IMG/VR virus record: IMGVR_UViG_3300030708_002673
Location: 1 to 64,000 of that record
Length of the DNA stretch: 64,000 nt
Direction: 5' to 3' (one strand)
Origin: a virus
Lineage: Duplodnaviria > Caudoviricetes
The notes beneath the pieces were generated by a model, which saw only the letters and a list, made by a program, of their open reading frames with translations, made no database searches and was not told where the DNA came from. Within the stretch, counting starts at the first letter, position 1; each line of letters opens with the position of its first letter. A program made the position numbers and the translations under genes. Of the stretch, positions 35,146-44,364 are shown one piece after another.

Positions 35146-35369
35146 ACGACGACGATCTGTATCCCGTATTTGAGGATGATTGGTATGCATCCTTGAATAT
35201 GGGCATACAGGAACTCCGTATGTTGTACGACCATATCGAGTATTCAATCAAGATGTGGCCGGGTTCTCCTGCTCGTCCGGCAGAGGAGCAAGAATATCTT
35301 CACAGATTGAGATCAAGAATTGCAAGTGTAATAATGCAATACAATTTTGACATGCTGGAAATGGAGTGA
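35142..35369 (+). CDS. Conserved hypothetical protein
   Basis: WPGSPARPAEEQEYL; ATGA-coupled. Confidence 0.7.
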   Translation: MNDDDLYPVFEDDWYASLNMGIQELRMLYDHIEYSIKMWPGSPARPAEEQEYLHRLRSRIASVIMQYNFDMLEME

Positions 35370-35373
35370 TAGA

Positions 35374-35736
35374 ATGCACTTGTATCATGCATTCCGCACT
35401 GAAATGGCAAAGGGTTTCAAAGAACTTCGGAACGTAAAACCACGTCCCGATCTGACACCACAGACCACTGCCCTTGAGACTCCGGACAAAGACAAAAAGA
35501 AACCTCAAACCTTGCTGAACAGCAAGCACCTTGCCTTTGATAAAGATGGCAATGTGGTAAACCCAAGGGATCTGAGAGAGAAAGAAGCATTGGAAACGAG
35601 TAAGCGTATGAATGTGATCCTTGCCACTGGACTGCTGTTCATTGTCTTTGGTCAGATCTATCTTGGTTCTGCCATCAATGGCATGACAAGAACCATCACT
35701 CGTCTTGCTGAAACTTCCTTGACAGGTGCTAAATAA
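35374..35736 (+). CDS. Hypothetical C-terminally anchored membrane protein
   Basis: TM segment ending GQIYLGS; ATG 35374. Confidence 0.65.
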   Translation: MHLYHAFRTEMAKGFKELRNVKPRPDLTPQTTALETPDKDKKKPQTLLNSKHLAFDKDGNVVNPRDLREKEALETSKRMNVILATGLLFIVFGQIYLGSAINGMTRTITRLAETSLTGAK

Positions 35737-35747
35737 ACCGCTATATT
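35719..35747 (+). promoter_or_regulatory. Nested early and late promoters of gene 32
   Basis: TTGACA(35719-24)-N17-TATATT(35742-47) with TAAATA(35730-35) in the spacer. Confidence 0.8.
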
Positions 35748-35792
35748 ATGTAAGCGGTGACAATCTTACAAATCCACCGAATCTAATCCAAT

Positions 35793-36731
35793 ATGTCTTT
35801 TGCAGACCTCAAAAAGCAATCTCGACTTGGTTCTCTGACTTCAAAGTTGACCAAGGAAATCGAGAAGATGAATACCAGCGGAGCTGGTAACGCAGACGAA
35901 CGTCTGTGGAAACTTGAAGTCGATAAGGCAGGCAATGGTTATGCCGTCATCCGATTCTTGCCCGCTCCTGAGGGAGAAGAACTCCCTTGGGCGAAGGTGT
36001 GGTCACACGCCTTCCAAGGACCCGGAGGTTGGTATATCGAAAACAGCCTGACCACCCTAGGACAGAAAGATCCTGTCTCTGAGTACAACCGTCTCCTTTG
36101 GAACAGTGGTACTGATAGTGACAAGGATTTGGCACGTAAGCAGAAGCGAAAGCTCACTTACATTGCGAACATCTACGTTGTCAAGGATCCGACCAACCCC
36201 CATAACGAAGGACAAGTTTTCCTTTATAAGTTCGGAAAGAAGATCTTTGACAAGATCACTGCTGCCATGCAGCCTGAGTTTGAAGACGAAGAAGCAATCG
36301 ACCCGTTCGATTTTTGGCAAGGTGCGAACTTCAAACTGAAGGCAAAGAATGTTGCGGGTTACCGTAACTATGACAGTAGTGAGTTTGCTGCTGCATCTCC
36401 GGTGCTGGACGACGACGATGCCCTTGAGGCATTGTGGAAGAAACAGTATTCTCTAGAAGAATTTACTCGCCCTGATCAGTTCAAGGCATATGGGGAACTA
36501 GAGAAGCGTTTGAATTCCGTGTTGAACAACACCCGGAAACCAGTTGACCCTGAGACCTTCGATGAGGAGGAAGCAGCGGTCACTAAATCTCGCCAGCAAA
36601 TGGATGAGGAAGATCGTATCGTCAAAAGAAGTCCTGCCCCTGTTGAGTCTGCTGTCGCGACCGGATCAACAGATGCTGATGACTCAGATGACGATGCCCT
36701 GTCCTACTTTCAGAGACTTGCCGAGAGCTGA
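35793..36731 (+). CDS. 32: Single-stranded DNA-binding protein gp32
   Basis: D.R.WK..VDKAGNGYAVIRFLP, HAFQGPGGWYIENS, YKFGKKIFDKI, GANFKLK, acidic tail. Confidence 0.97.
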   Translation: MSFADLKKQSRLGSLTSKLTKEIEKMNTSGAGNADERLWKLEVDKAGNGYAVIRFLPAPEGEELPWAKVWSHAFQGPGGWYIENSLTTLGQKDPVSEYNRLLWNSGTDSDKDLARKQKRKLTYIANIYVVKDPTNPHNEGQVFLYKFGKKIFDKITAAMQPEFEDEEAIDPFDFWQGANFKLKAKNVAGYRNYDSSEFAAASPVLDDDDALEALWKKQYSLEEFTRPDQFKAYGELEKRLNSVLNNTRKPVDPETFDEEEAAVTKSRQQMDEEDRIVKRSPAPVESAVATGSTDADDSDDDALSYFQRLAES

Positions 36732-36734
36732 GGC

Positions 36735-37301
36735 ATGAAGTTCTACAGCTTCAACGAGCTGATTGGAGTCTGGGATGGGGATCTCCCCATCCTGGACTTT
36801 TCTCTTAGGAAGATCTATGAATGGAGGGACGAGTTCCCTGAGTCCGAAGGCAATTCTAACATCGAGGGTTGGCAACGCACTGGTATGCATAAGGATGGAC
36901 GATTCAGTCCACTGATGTCACTCATCGCAAATAAGTCTCGGGAATACATCGATCAGCATGATGTAAAACCACCCCGCTACATGGAGATTGTCCATGCCTT
37001 CGCCAACATCAATGGACCTGGTGCATCAAACTGCATGCATCATCACACCTATGGTCAGATCAGTGGGGTGTATTGGTTGAAGACCCCACGTAATAGTGGT
37101 GATCTAATCATCATGAGTCCTTTCCACAACCAATACCTGAACACCTCGTGTGTATCTAAGATTGACCGCAATGCGATGGTCATTGAACCCAAAGCAAACA
37201 CAGGGGTATTTTTCAACAGCAATCTAGTTCACTACGTAGATCAGAACCGATCAGGTAAAGACAGGGTGTCTGTAGCATTTCACATCCTTCTTCACCCGTA
37301 G
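36735..37301 (+). CDS. 2OG-Fe(II) oxygenase (TIGR02466-like)
   Basis: NINGPGASN..HHH, ISGVYWL, FFNSNLVHYV, RVSVAF. Confidence 0.8.
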   Translation: MKFYSFNELIGVWDGDLPILDFSLRKIYEWRDEFPESEGNSNIEGWQRTGMHKDGRFSPLMSLIANKSREYIDQHDVKPPRYMEIVHAFANINGPGASNCMHHHTYGQISGVYWLKTPRNSGDLIIMSPFHNQYLNTSCVSKIDRNAMVIEPKANTGVFFNSNLVHYVDQNRSGKDRVSVAFHILLHP

Positions 37302-37360
37302 CGAAAACGGACTTTCATTTACCAGAAACTGGAAAAAAAACTCGGGGCAAAAATCGCCCC
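37302..37360. repeat. Dispersed A-tract repeat, long copy (intergenic)
   Basis: CGAAAACGGACTTTCATTTACCAGAAACTGGAAAAAAAACTCGGGGCAAAAATCG; matches 29323-29382. Confidence 0.75.
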
Positions 37361-37371
37361 TATAGGCTTTT

Positions 37372-37920
37372 ATGTACAAAAACATAGTCATCATAGAACG
37401 GAATATCGATGTGACGCCGTTTTTGGAGGAATTGAACCCAGATCACTGGGACTGGGTTTCGCAGCAAACGGGAAATAACCTCGGAGGCGACAGAAACCCA
37501 TATGGGTTCTTACCGCTAGTTTGGGCAAAAGTCCAAAAAGGCGAAGATCCGCATGATGCGATGGGACAAGAAAAAACGGCACTTTACGACTTATACCCCA
37601 AAGTGCACGAATTTTGGAAAAAGCACAATATCACCGAAACTGGCAGAGCGGCATTTTTCCGATTACAACCCGGAAAACGTGTTTTGGAGCATATTGACCG
37701 TGGTGAGTATTATAAGAAAAAGGACCGATATCACTTATCTCTGCAAGGCACCTATTTGTACCGTGTTGGTGATGAAAGCATGATTGTGCCACCTGGCACG
37801 TTTTTCTGGTTCCACAACAAATTACCCCACGAGGCATTCAACGTGGGGGATGTTGATAGGTACTCATTGGTTTGGGACGTTCCTCACAGTCCCAATAACC
37901 CACATTTAGCGAAGTGCTAA
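37372..37920 (+). CDS. Aspartyl/asparaginyl beta-hydroxylase-like oxygenase
   Basis: FFRLQPG..V..HIDRG, RYHLSL, FWFHNKLPHEA.N.G..DR..LVWD. Confidence 0.8.
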   Translation: MYKNIVIIERNIDVTPFLEELNPDHWDWVSQQTGNNLGGDRNPYGFLPLVWAKVQKGEDPHDAMGQEKTALYDLYPKVHEFWKKHNITETGRAAFFRLQPGKRVLEHIDRGEYYKKKDRYHLSLQGTYLYRVGDESMIVPPGTFFWFHNKLPHEAFNVGDVDRYSLVWDVPHSPNNPHLAKC

Positions 37921-38562
37921 AAGACGAAGATTATCGCCTTTCTTCATCTTACGGTCAATGTACTGACTAGAATCTTCATAAGTCATGATGTCCCTCATGT
38001 CTTCGATAATGGTATCGATGTACATTGACTTGAGAGTGTAGATGTTCCGCTTCGCATCATTTTTGCGAGTCTCATACTCCAAGTTACTGACCGACTGAGT
38101 TCCTGTATCAGTGTAGTTGATGCCTCTGTATGAGTAAGTGAACGTGGCATCTCCATCAACCACGAGACCACCTTGCTGCAAGAGTTTCCCCTCAGGATCA
38201 CGACGCTCTACACTTTCGTAGTGATGAATCTCAGCAAGTTGCTGAGGAGTATAGTTGTTGTTGATATAACGTTGGAAGTCAATCTCACTCATAGGCCATT
38301 CATCACGAATGTTCAGAATGTTGTTGGAGATTAGGATAATCCAATCGTATTCTGGATTGCCATACAACTCATCTGCCACATTATCGGGACGATCATCGCC
38401 ACGAATAGAAAACTTGTCAAAGGCAGCAGCGACCTGGAAGATGTCGTCTCGAATCTTGCCTCTTTTGAAGATATTGGTGCTTTCAACGTAATCGGAACTA
38501 GATGACCGATTGTCGGAAAATGAAAGCAGAGATACTTTGGGAAAGTCGTCGAAATAAGCCAT
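37906..38562 (-). CDS. 53: Baseplate wedge protein gp53
   Basis: YFDDFP, NIF.R, DRPDNVA.ELYG...YDWIIL..NNI.N...EWP, IHHYE. Confidence 0.9.
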   Translation of the reverse strand: MAYFDDFPKVSLLSFSDNRSSSSDYVESTNIFKRGKIRDDIFQVAAAFDKFSIRGDDRPDNVADELYGNPEYDWIILISNNILNIRDEWPMSEIDFQRYINNNYTPQQLAEIHHYESVERRDPEGKLLQQGGLVVDGDATFTYSYRGINYTDTGTQSVSNLEYETRKNDAKRNIYTLKSMYIDTIIEDMRDIMTYEDSSQYIDRKMKKGDNLRLLALR

Positions 38563-40055
38563 TAGAATCCGATGTCCTCCTCGGTAATTTTGTTATCGCC
38601 CATGAGAGGACCTTGGAACCTAAGCAGATCTTCAGTAGAAGCAGTCCGATCTTCGCCCAACTTATAATCATCACGGAAGATTGGAGTAAGCTCAGTGAAA
38701 CTGAGCATCATGGTTGTTCTGACTGGTTGGGAGATTGTCGTGCTGTCGGCATATGACTGATAGACACCTCCATCAGTGTAGTTGAACCCAATATTGGTCA
38801 AAGCACACATCTTATGGATAGGCAGTGCCCTAATTCGTCGCTGCCCATTGAAGTATGAGATTCGGAAGATATCTGGAGAACCAATGAAGATGCCAGTACC
38901 AGTCTTCATGGGAGTCATGCCCTCCTTGAAGAATCTTGAAATGCGATTTGCTTGTTTGGCATCCTCTTCACTATTGGGAGCAAACTCATACTTGAACACA
39001 AATTGTCTCAGTTTAGGACCTGAGAATAACAACTCCATATTGGGGTTCAAGACCTGACCATTTTTCCTGGCAATGAATTGTGCAGGATCAACATTGATGC
39101 CAACCTTAGACAAAAGTATCTTGGCAATTTGACCACTGATTGCTTGATTGACATCCCCGCCAGAAGTTGTCCCCTGGGCTAGAGTTTTACCAGTGTTCAT
39201 TATATCTGACAATCCATCTGTTATGAATTGAGATACGTTTTTCTCGCCACTAAACACCTTAGAAAGTTCACTTTGTGCCTTTATGAACGCACCCGCTTCC
39301 ACGATATTGGCAGTTCCTTGACCCCAGTTCATGCCTTGACTAGCTTGGAGGTCATTTGGGATTGGTAGACGGACACCACCAATAAATTTTTGTGTTTGAA
39401 CGGACCTGGTTAGACCATCAGTAAAAATTTTCGATAAGTCAGTTGCTACACTGGGATTTGGGGCACTATATTCAAACCGCTCAATCTTCATGTAATCCTG
39501 AGCACCTTTATCGTAAAGTGCATCATGAGGATATTGATAAAACGGTGGCGGTTCACCTTTTGTTGACGTAAACACCTTAGCAGCAGCTTCTTCTGCGGCG
39601 GGGGGTACTACTGGGATCGGCACAACGTCGCCATTGTAAGCAGCGTCAGGGTGGATAAAATTCTTTGCTTGGAAAGATGGAATTACCTGAGACACGTCAT
39701 ATTCACTTTTTCCTAAGTTTGCAGTAAGGCGGGCGATAGTATTACCATCATAAGCAAACGAGGTACCTGCTTTGTTGGCAGCGTCTTGTAACTCAGATAG
39801 CATGCCTGACTTCGATGCCAGGTCATATGCACTGTCTAATGCACGAACCAATCCTCTTTCTAAGGCAGGATCATCTAGCAATTTTCTATTATTACTCTGA
39901 TTCAGGTCTAGACTTACTCCAGCAGCATCCACAAGACCTCTAATCGTTCCAAACTGATTATCCAGTTTGGTGCTCATAAGCAGTCGATGGGCAGCACCTT
40001 GGATAGTAACCTTCTGGTTCAGAAGACAGCTTTTACCAATACATTTGTTACTCAT
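38562..40055 (-). CDS. 48: Baseplate tail-tube cap gp48
   Basis: RLPIPNDL, NPNMELLFSGPKLRQF.F.Y.FAP.S..DA, PDIF.I.Y, ALTNI..NYT, L.F.EL.PI. Confidence 0.85.
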   Translation of the reverse strand: MSNKCIGKSCLLNQKVTIQGAAHRLLMSTKLDNQFGTIRGLVDAAGVSLDLNQSNNRKLLDDPALERGLVRALDSAYDLASKSGMLSELQDAANKAGTSFAYDGNTIARLTANLGKSEYDVSQVIPSFQAKNFIHPDAAYNGDVVPIPVVPPAAEEAAAKVFTSTKGEPPPFYQYPHDALYDKGAQDYMKIERFEYSAPNPSVATDLSKIFTDGLTRSVQTQKFIGGVRLPIPNDLQASQGMNWGQGTANIVEAGAFIKAQSELSKVFSGEKNVSQFITDGLSDIMNTGKTLAQGTTSGGDVNQAISGQIAKILLSKVGINVDPAQFIARKNGQVLNPNMELLFSGPKLRQFVFKYEFAPNSEEDAKQANRISRFFKEGMTPMKTGTGIFIGSPDIFRISYFNGQRRIRALPIHKMCALTNIGFNYTDGGVYQSYADSTTISQPVRTTMMLSFTELTPIFRDDYKLGEDRTASTEDLLRFQGPLMGDNKITEEDIGF

Positions 40056-40480
40056 TAGTTCTTGAGGGTGCCTTTACGATAAACCGTGTCAGGATCAATA
40101 TCAATTTCAACGGACCCGAAGTCCCTAACAAATTTTTCAGAATCAAGGTTGACTGCTTTATCCCACTCTTCTGTTGCAATAGTGAGGAAGGGACTGCGGA
40201 CGTAGGATTTTAGGTATTTATGGAACCCCCGCAATCTTGCTAAATCTTCTCCAGCATCAATATATCTCATTATTGACAATCTATTCTCTGGTTTATGGTA
40301 ATGTAGGTTGACACCCCAAAATACTGTGCCTCTTTCTACCGCAATCAGATAGCACAATGGGTTGCGGTCATAGAAAGGCAATTGCTCTGCTGTTTTTGCT
40401 GTATATTGAAACAGAGCAATTTTGCCAGGGATTGGTCTTCCTTCCAAAGTTGACTTTGGGAATTCATCTCTATATTCCAA
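40055..40480 (-). CDS. 2: DNA end-protector gp2-like protein
   Basis: FQY.AKT...LPFYDRNPL, FWGVNLHY, HKYL...V. Confidence 0.7.
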   Translation of the reverse strand: MEYRDEFPKSTLEGRPIPGKIALFQYTAKTAEQLPFYDRNPLCYLIAVERGTVFWGVNLHYHKPENRLSIMRYIDAGEDLARLRGFHKYLKSYVRSPFLTIATEEWDKAVNLDSEKFVRDFGSVEIDIDPDTVYRKGTLKN

Positions 40481-40901
40481 GTTCCTTCTCCGTCATGACT
40501 TGAAACTCCCATCGGCGGTCAGCACAGAACTCTTCTGCTGCCTTCCACTTTGCTTGGTTTTTGGCATATTCGAGAGTTTCATAGATATGCTTTTTGGTCT
40601 TCCTTTTTGTTGTTGGAGGAGCACACTGCTTAGCAGGTTTGATCTCAATAATCTTCTCAACAATTTGACCCTTTACATTCTTGTATTTGATGTAAAAGTC
40701 AGGGAAGTACCTACGGACACGTTTGGTCGTAGGGTCATAATATGGAATATGAAACTCTTCAGATGCCCAGAACAAAATGTTCTCATTCTTGTCGCAATAA
40801 ACCATAAACTTACGTTCCCAGAGAGAACGATAGATTATGTTTCTTGAATCCCCCTTATACTTCCTCGGATTCGATGGTCTATACCGACCTTGATATGACA
40901 T
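40470..40901 (-). CDS. 4: Head completion nuclease gp4
   Basis: MSYQGRYRPSNPRKYKGD, YRSLWE..FM.YCD, RYFPDF, EIKP, NQAKW.AA. Confidence 0.9.
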   Translation of the reverse strand: MSYQGRYRPSNPRKYKGDSRNIIYRSLWERKFMVYCDKNENILFWASEEFHIPYYDPTTKRVRRYFPDFYIKYKNVKGQIVEKIIEIKPAKQCAPPTTKRKTKKHIYETLEYAKNQAKWKAAEEFCADRRWEFQVMTEKELGI

Positions 40902-40924
40902 ACATAGTATACTAGACCACTCTA

Positions 40925-40930
40925 TATTTA
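40925..40930 (-). promoter_or_regulatory. Late promoter for the gene 4-2-48-53 operon
   Basis: TATTTAG on + strand = CTAAATA on - strand, 24 nt upstream of the gene 4 ATG. Confidence 0.55.
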
Positions 40931-40935
40931 GAGGC

Positions 40936-41847
40936 ATGGCAGAAAGAGCCGAAGTTATAAGTGATCCTAAAAGGAGGATTCTAAGAACTGATGACCTCTA
41001 CCTTGGTAGGACTAGGGCAGGCGGTATTGTGCCCGCCTTCAACAACATTTATGATGTAACGATTGATTTTTCAGGTGATAAGGCAAGCACCTTGAGAGGG
41101 CACATCAAATCGACTGTGCTGTACGAGACTGAGGAACCTCCTGGAAGTTACCTTTCTCTGTTTTGCTCAGAGGCACTTCTTCCTGGAAGTCAGTTTCAAA
41201 CTTCCTCTGTTGATGGACTTCGCCAGGGTTTGCAACAGCAATACGCTTTGTATCGTAGATATCCCGATATCAACCTGACGTGGTATTCTCAAAGAGATTA
41301 CTTTACTAATGATGTGTTCAATGCCTGGATGGAATTTATGTCTCCTCCGGATTTTGGTCAAGACATGGTAACTTTGGATCAAAAACTGAAAGGGAGTAAT
41401 GCTGCTAGAAGGTTGAGATATCCAGATCAGTACAAGTGTAATATGGAGATCACATCATTTAGTCGTGACGCTAACAATCCCAGTTACATCACATATCATA
41501 TTAGAAGAGCATTCCCAAATAACATTGTTGCTGCTCCTTTGGCATATGGAAAAGCAGAATTGATCAAGACTACAGTATCTTTTGCTTACGAAACATACTA
41601 CATTGGTCGTCAAGGTAGTTCTGCTAATGTTACCAAAGCAAACAGTGATGGGATTCTCTTACCTCTCAACCCTGAAACAGTAATCGACGGAACTGACGGT
41701 CCGTTACCTAGGAGTAATGAGGAACCAACCCGCCCCGGAGCAGACGCTGGCACAAATCTTGATTCCAAACCCCTACCCCCTGCCGCTACTAAACCGCTCC
41801 CCGATGTATTCAACAGTCCTGGAGAGAGATCTTTCGGGACACCCTAA
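40936..41847 (+). CDS. Tail-tube-like baseplate protein (gp54/gp19-like initiator)
   Basis: C....LPG, R.Y..I.LT.Y, F.AWM.F, AFP.NI, TVSF.YE; typical position before gene 26. Confidence 0.6.
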   Translation: MAERAEVISDPKRRILRTDDLYLGRTRAGGIVPAFNNIYDVTIDFSGDKASTLRGHIKSTVLYETEEPPGSYLSLFCSEALLPGSQFQTSSVDGLRQGLQQQYALYRRYPDINLTWYSQRDYFTNDVFNAWMEFMSPPDFGQDMVTLDQKLKGSNAARRLRYPDQYKCNMEITSFSRDANNPSYITYHIRRAFPNNIVAAPLAYGKAELIKTTVSFAYETYYIGRQGSSANVTKANSDGILLPLNPETVIDGTDGPLPRSNEEPTRPGADAGTNLDSKPLPPAATKPLPDVFNSPGERSFGTP

Positions 41848-41853
41848 TAAATA
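41848..41853 (+). promoter_or_regulatory. Late promoter
   Basis: AATAAATA 22 nt before gene 26. Confidence 0.6.
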
Positions 41854-41874
41854 CCTGTACTGAATTGAATTGTT

Positions 41875-42603
41875 ATGCCACTGCCTAAGGTTGTAACACC
41901 TGTTTTTGAGGTGAATCTGCTATCGACTGGTAAACCAGTCAGATATCGACCATTCCTGGTCAAAGAAGAGAAAGCACTATTGATTGCACTTGAAAGTGGT
42001 AATGATAAAAACATCATTGCTACTGTAAAAGATGTTCTCAAAGCATGTGTAGTCACTCGGGGAGTAAAGATTGATACTCTCCCCTCATTTGATCTTGAAT
42101 ACCTATTCTTGAACATCCGAGGCAAGTCAGTTGGTGAGACTGTAGAACTGCTGGTCACTTGTGCTGACGATGAGGAAGTCAAGGTTCCTCTGATGATTCA
42201 TATGTCAGAGATCGGTCTGGATGTTCCTGATGGTCACACTGACACTATTGAACTTGATGGAGGAATCTCTATCAAGATGAAGTATCCATCTATGGATGAG
42301 TTCCTGAAAAACAACTTCAGTGTTACTCAACAAACCAACAAAGACACGGTGGATGAGGCATTCAAGGTAATTGCCAAGTGCATTGACACTGTGTTTACTG
42401 AAGAGGAAGCATGGTCTGCTAGTGATTGCACTCAAACAGAACTGGTGAAGTTCATTGAGCAGTTGAGTTCAGCACAGTTCCAGAAGATTGAGAACTTTTT
42501 CTCCAGCATGCCCAAATTGAGGTATGAGGGGAAGGTGACTAACCCAAATACTGAAGTTGTGACTGATGTAGTTGTTGAGGGTATGTCAAATTTTTTCGGA
42601 TAA
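41875..42603 (+). CDS. 26: Baseplate hub assembly protein gp26
   Basis: MPLPK...P, YRPFLVKEEKALL, FDLEYLFLNIRGKSVGE, FF.SMPKL. Confidence 0.93.
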   Translation: MPLPKVVTPVFEVNLLSTGKPVRYRPFLVKEEKALLIALESGNDKNIIATVKDVLKACVVTRGVKIDTLPSFDLEYLFLNIRGKSVGETVELLVTCADDEEVKVPLMIHMSEIGLDVPDGHTDTIELDGGISIKMKYPSMDEFLKNNFSVTQQTNKDTVDEAFKVIAKCIDTVFTEEEAWSASDCTQTELVKFIEQLSSAQFQKIENFFSSMPKLRYEGKVTNPNTEVVTDVVVEGMSNFFG

Positions 42604-42791
42604 TGCTATATCACACGACCATTGATGTGTGCATGGAAGTCAATTTTGCTCTCATGCAGCATCACGGGTGGTCATTGAGTGATATAGAAAGTTTATACCC
42701 GTGGGAAAAAGACGTATACATAAAGTATCTCACAAATTATCTTGAGAAACAAAGACTAGAGGCAGCACAGGACGCTAATGCCGGATTCTAA
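42603..42791 (+). CDS. 51: Baseplate hub assembly catalyst gp51
   Basis: NFALMQHHGWSLSDIE...PWEK.VY. Confidence 0.88.
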   Translation: MLYHTTIDVCMEVNFALMQHHGWSLSDIESLYPWEKDVYIKYLTNYLEKQRLEAAQDANAGF

Positions 42792-44364
42792 CGTACAGTC
42801 TGTTACTCCCATGATTGCCCCTTTGCGGGACAAGGTGGAGGAACAAGCTGTTGCGTTGAATGATAATGTAGATAGAACGAATGATAATATCAGACGTTTG
42901 GGACGTATTGTCCTAGACATGGAAAGAATGGATGCAAGCATGAAAGTCATGCGTGCAGACATCAGGAAAGATCTTAGGGCACGAAGGAGATACTTTAGAG
43001 AAGAGCAGAAACTTATAAAGAAGGATATCAAGCAGACAGAGAAACTTGGTAACTCTTTTATTGGATTTAGAGCAACCCTTGCCGGTTTAGCTGCTCTCAG
43101 TGCTGGAAGAGAGTTTGGTCAAGGTGATATAATCGGTGGGTTACAGGATAGTGCAATTGCTGTTACAGCAATGCTACCTGAAATCACAAGTACAGTTTTA
43201 GGAGCAGTAGGTTTGGCATTAGGTTTGAAAGGTGGAGGCGGGCGCGGACCAACCGCCGGTCCTAGAGCAGCAGCACCTCGTGGGAGAATGCGTGGTGGTC
43301 CAGGGTTTATGGCTCTGTTACCACTGGCACTTCTTGGTAGTTCTATGTTGATGGGTGGTCCTGCAAAAGGAGATCAGACCCGTGTAGAGATGATTCAACA
43401 GCAATCTATTGAAGATAGTTTGATCAGTCCTAAAGAAGTAAATTTTTTCAGTGCCACAGTTGGTAGATTCAACCGTATTCTGGACAGACTTCTGGGCAGG
43501 GAGGTCAAAGATCCCAATATCAATATCAATGATCCTGACAAAAAACCAAAAAAACCAAAAAAACTTGATCCACCGGATGACGACGATGATTCACCGGCAA
43601 AGGTTGATCCTATTGACTCGATGTTGCCTGGTATCAATAGAACTCCTCTAGATGATTCTCAAAAAGAAGCACTCATTCAACTCGTAAGAGAAGGTGAGGG
43701 CACTGCTGATGCTCAAGGATATAACAAATGGTTTGGTGGTGATACCAGTCTTGATATCACCAAGATGACTGGTAATGAAGTGATGCAGGAGCAAATCCGT
43801 CGCCTTGATGCTGGCGAAACTCCTAAGTTTACTGATGCTTTCGGTGTGACATCGACCAGTGCTGCTGTTGGTGCAGGTCAGTTTATGAAACCTGAGCAGG
43901 TCATGATCGACATGGGTCTAGATCCTGCAACCACCAAAATGACTCCTGAGGTTCAGGATGCGATGATCCTGCATCTGGCAATGAACACACGTGGTGTGGA
44001 TCTTTCTGATGGGATTGACATGGCTGAGATGAGGAGATTGGGTAAGGAGTGGGCAAGTCTCACTTCATACCATGGTCAAAAAGATATCACTCCTCAGGAG
44101 TCGATTGACAGGTATAACACGATCTTAGAAGGTATCAGGAAGCGTAAAGGAGAGACTAAAACTGACCCGCTGGGTCCTCAGTCATCTCTGCCAATGCCGA
44201 GTATTCAACCTTCTACTCCTGCTCCCCAGATTGCTGCTGTTGCACCCGAACCGCCATCTCCTGCATCAATCACGATTGATCCAAACTCTGCTGGCACCAC
44301 GGGATCTGAGATTGCATCTACGGCATTGCTGAGTCAGTATAACATCCCAGCAATGTTCTCATGA
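42778..44364 (+). CDS. Tail/baseplate protein with lysozyme-like domain
   Basis: Coiled-coil N-terminus, hydrophobic Gly-rich middle, EGT...GYN..FGG...SAAVGAGQF...EWASL. Confidence 0.65.
   Translation: MPDSNVQSVTPMIAPLRDKVEEQAVALNDNVDRTNDNIRRLGRIVLDMERMDASMKVMRADIRKDLRARRRYFREEQKLIKKDIKQTEKLGNSFIGFRATLAGLAALSAGREFGQGDIIGGLQDSAIAVTAMLPEITSTVLGAVGLALGLKGGGGRGPTAGPRAAAPRGRMRGGPGFMALLPLALLGSSMLMGGPAKGDQTRVEMIQQQSIEDSLISPKEVNFFSATVGRFNRILDRLLGREVKDPNININDPDKKPKKPKKLDPPDDDDDSPAKVDPIDSMLPGINRTPLDDSQKEALIQLVREGEGTADAQGYNKWFGGDTSLDITKMTGNEVMQEQIRRLDAGETPKFTDAFGVTSTSAAVGAGQFMKPEQVMIDMGLDPATTKMTPEVQDAMILHLAMNTRGVDLSDGIDMAEMRRLGKEWASLTSYHGQKDITPQESIDRYNTILEGIRKRKGETKTDPLGPQSSLPMPSIQPSTPAPQIAAVAPEPPSPASITIDPNSAGTTGSEIASTALLSQYNIPAMFS

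Noticed and set aside
40470-40901. TnsA-like nuclease suggesting a Tn7 element
   Set aside because: It is head-completion gp4 in its normal context; no transposon ends or tnsBC
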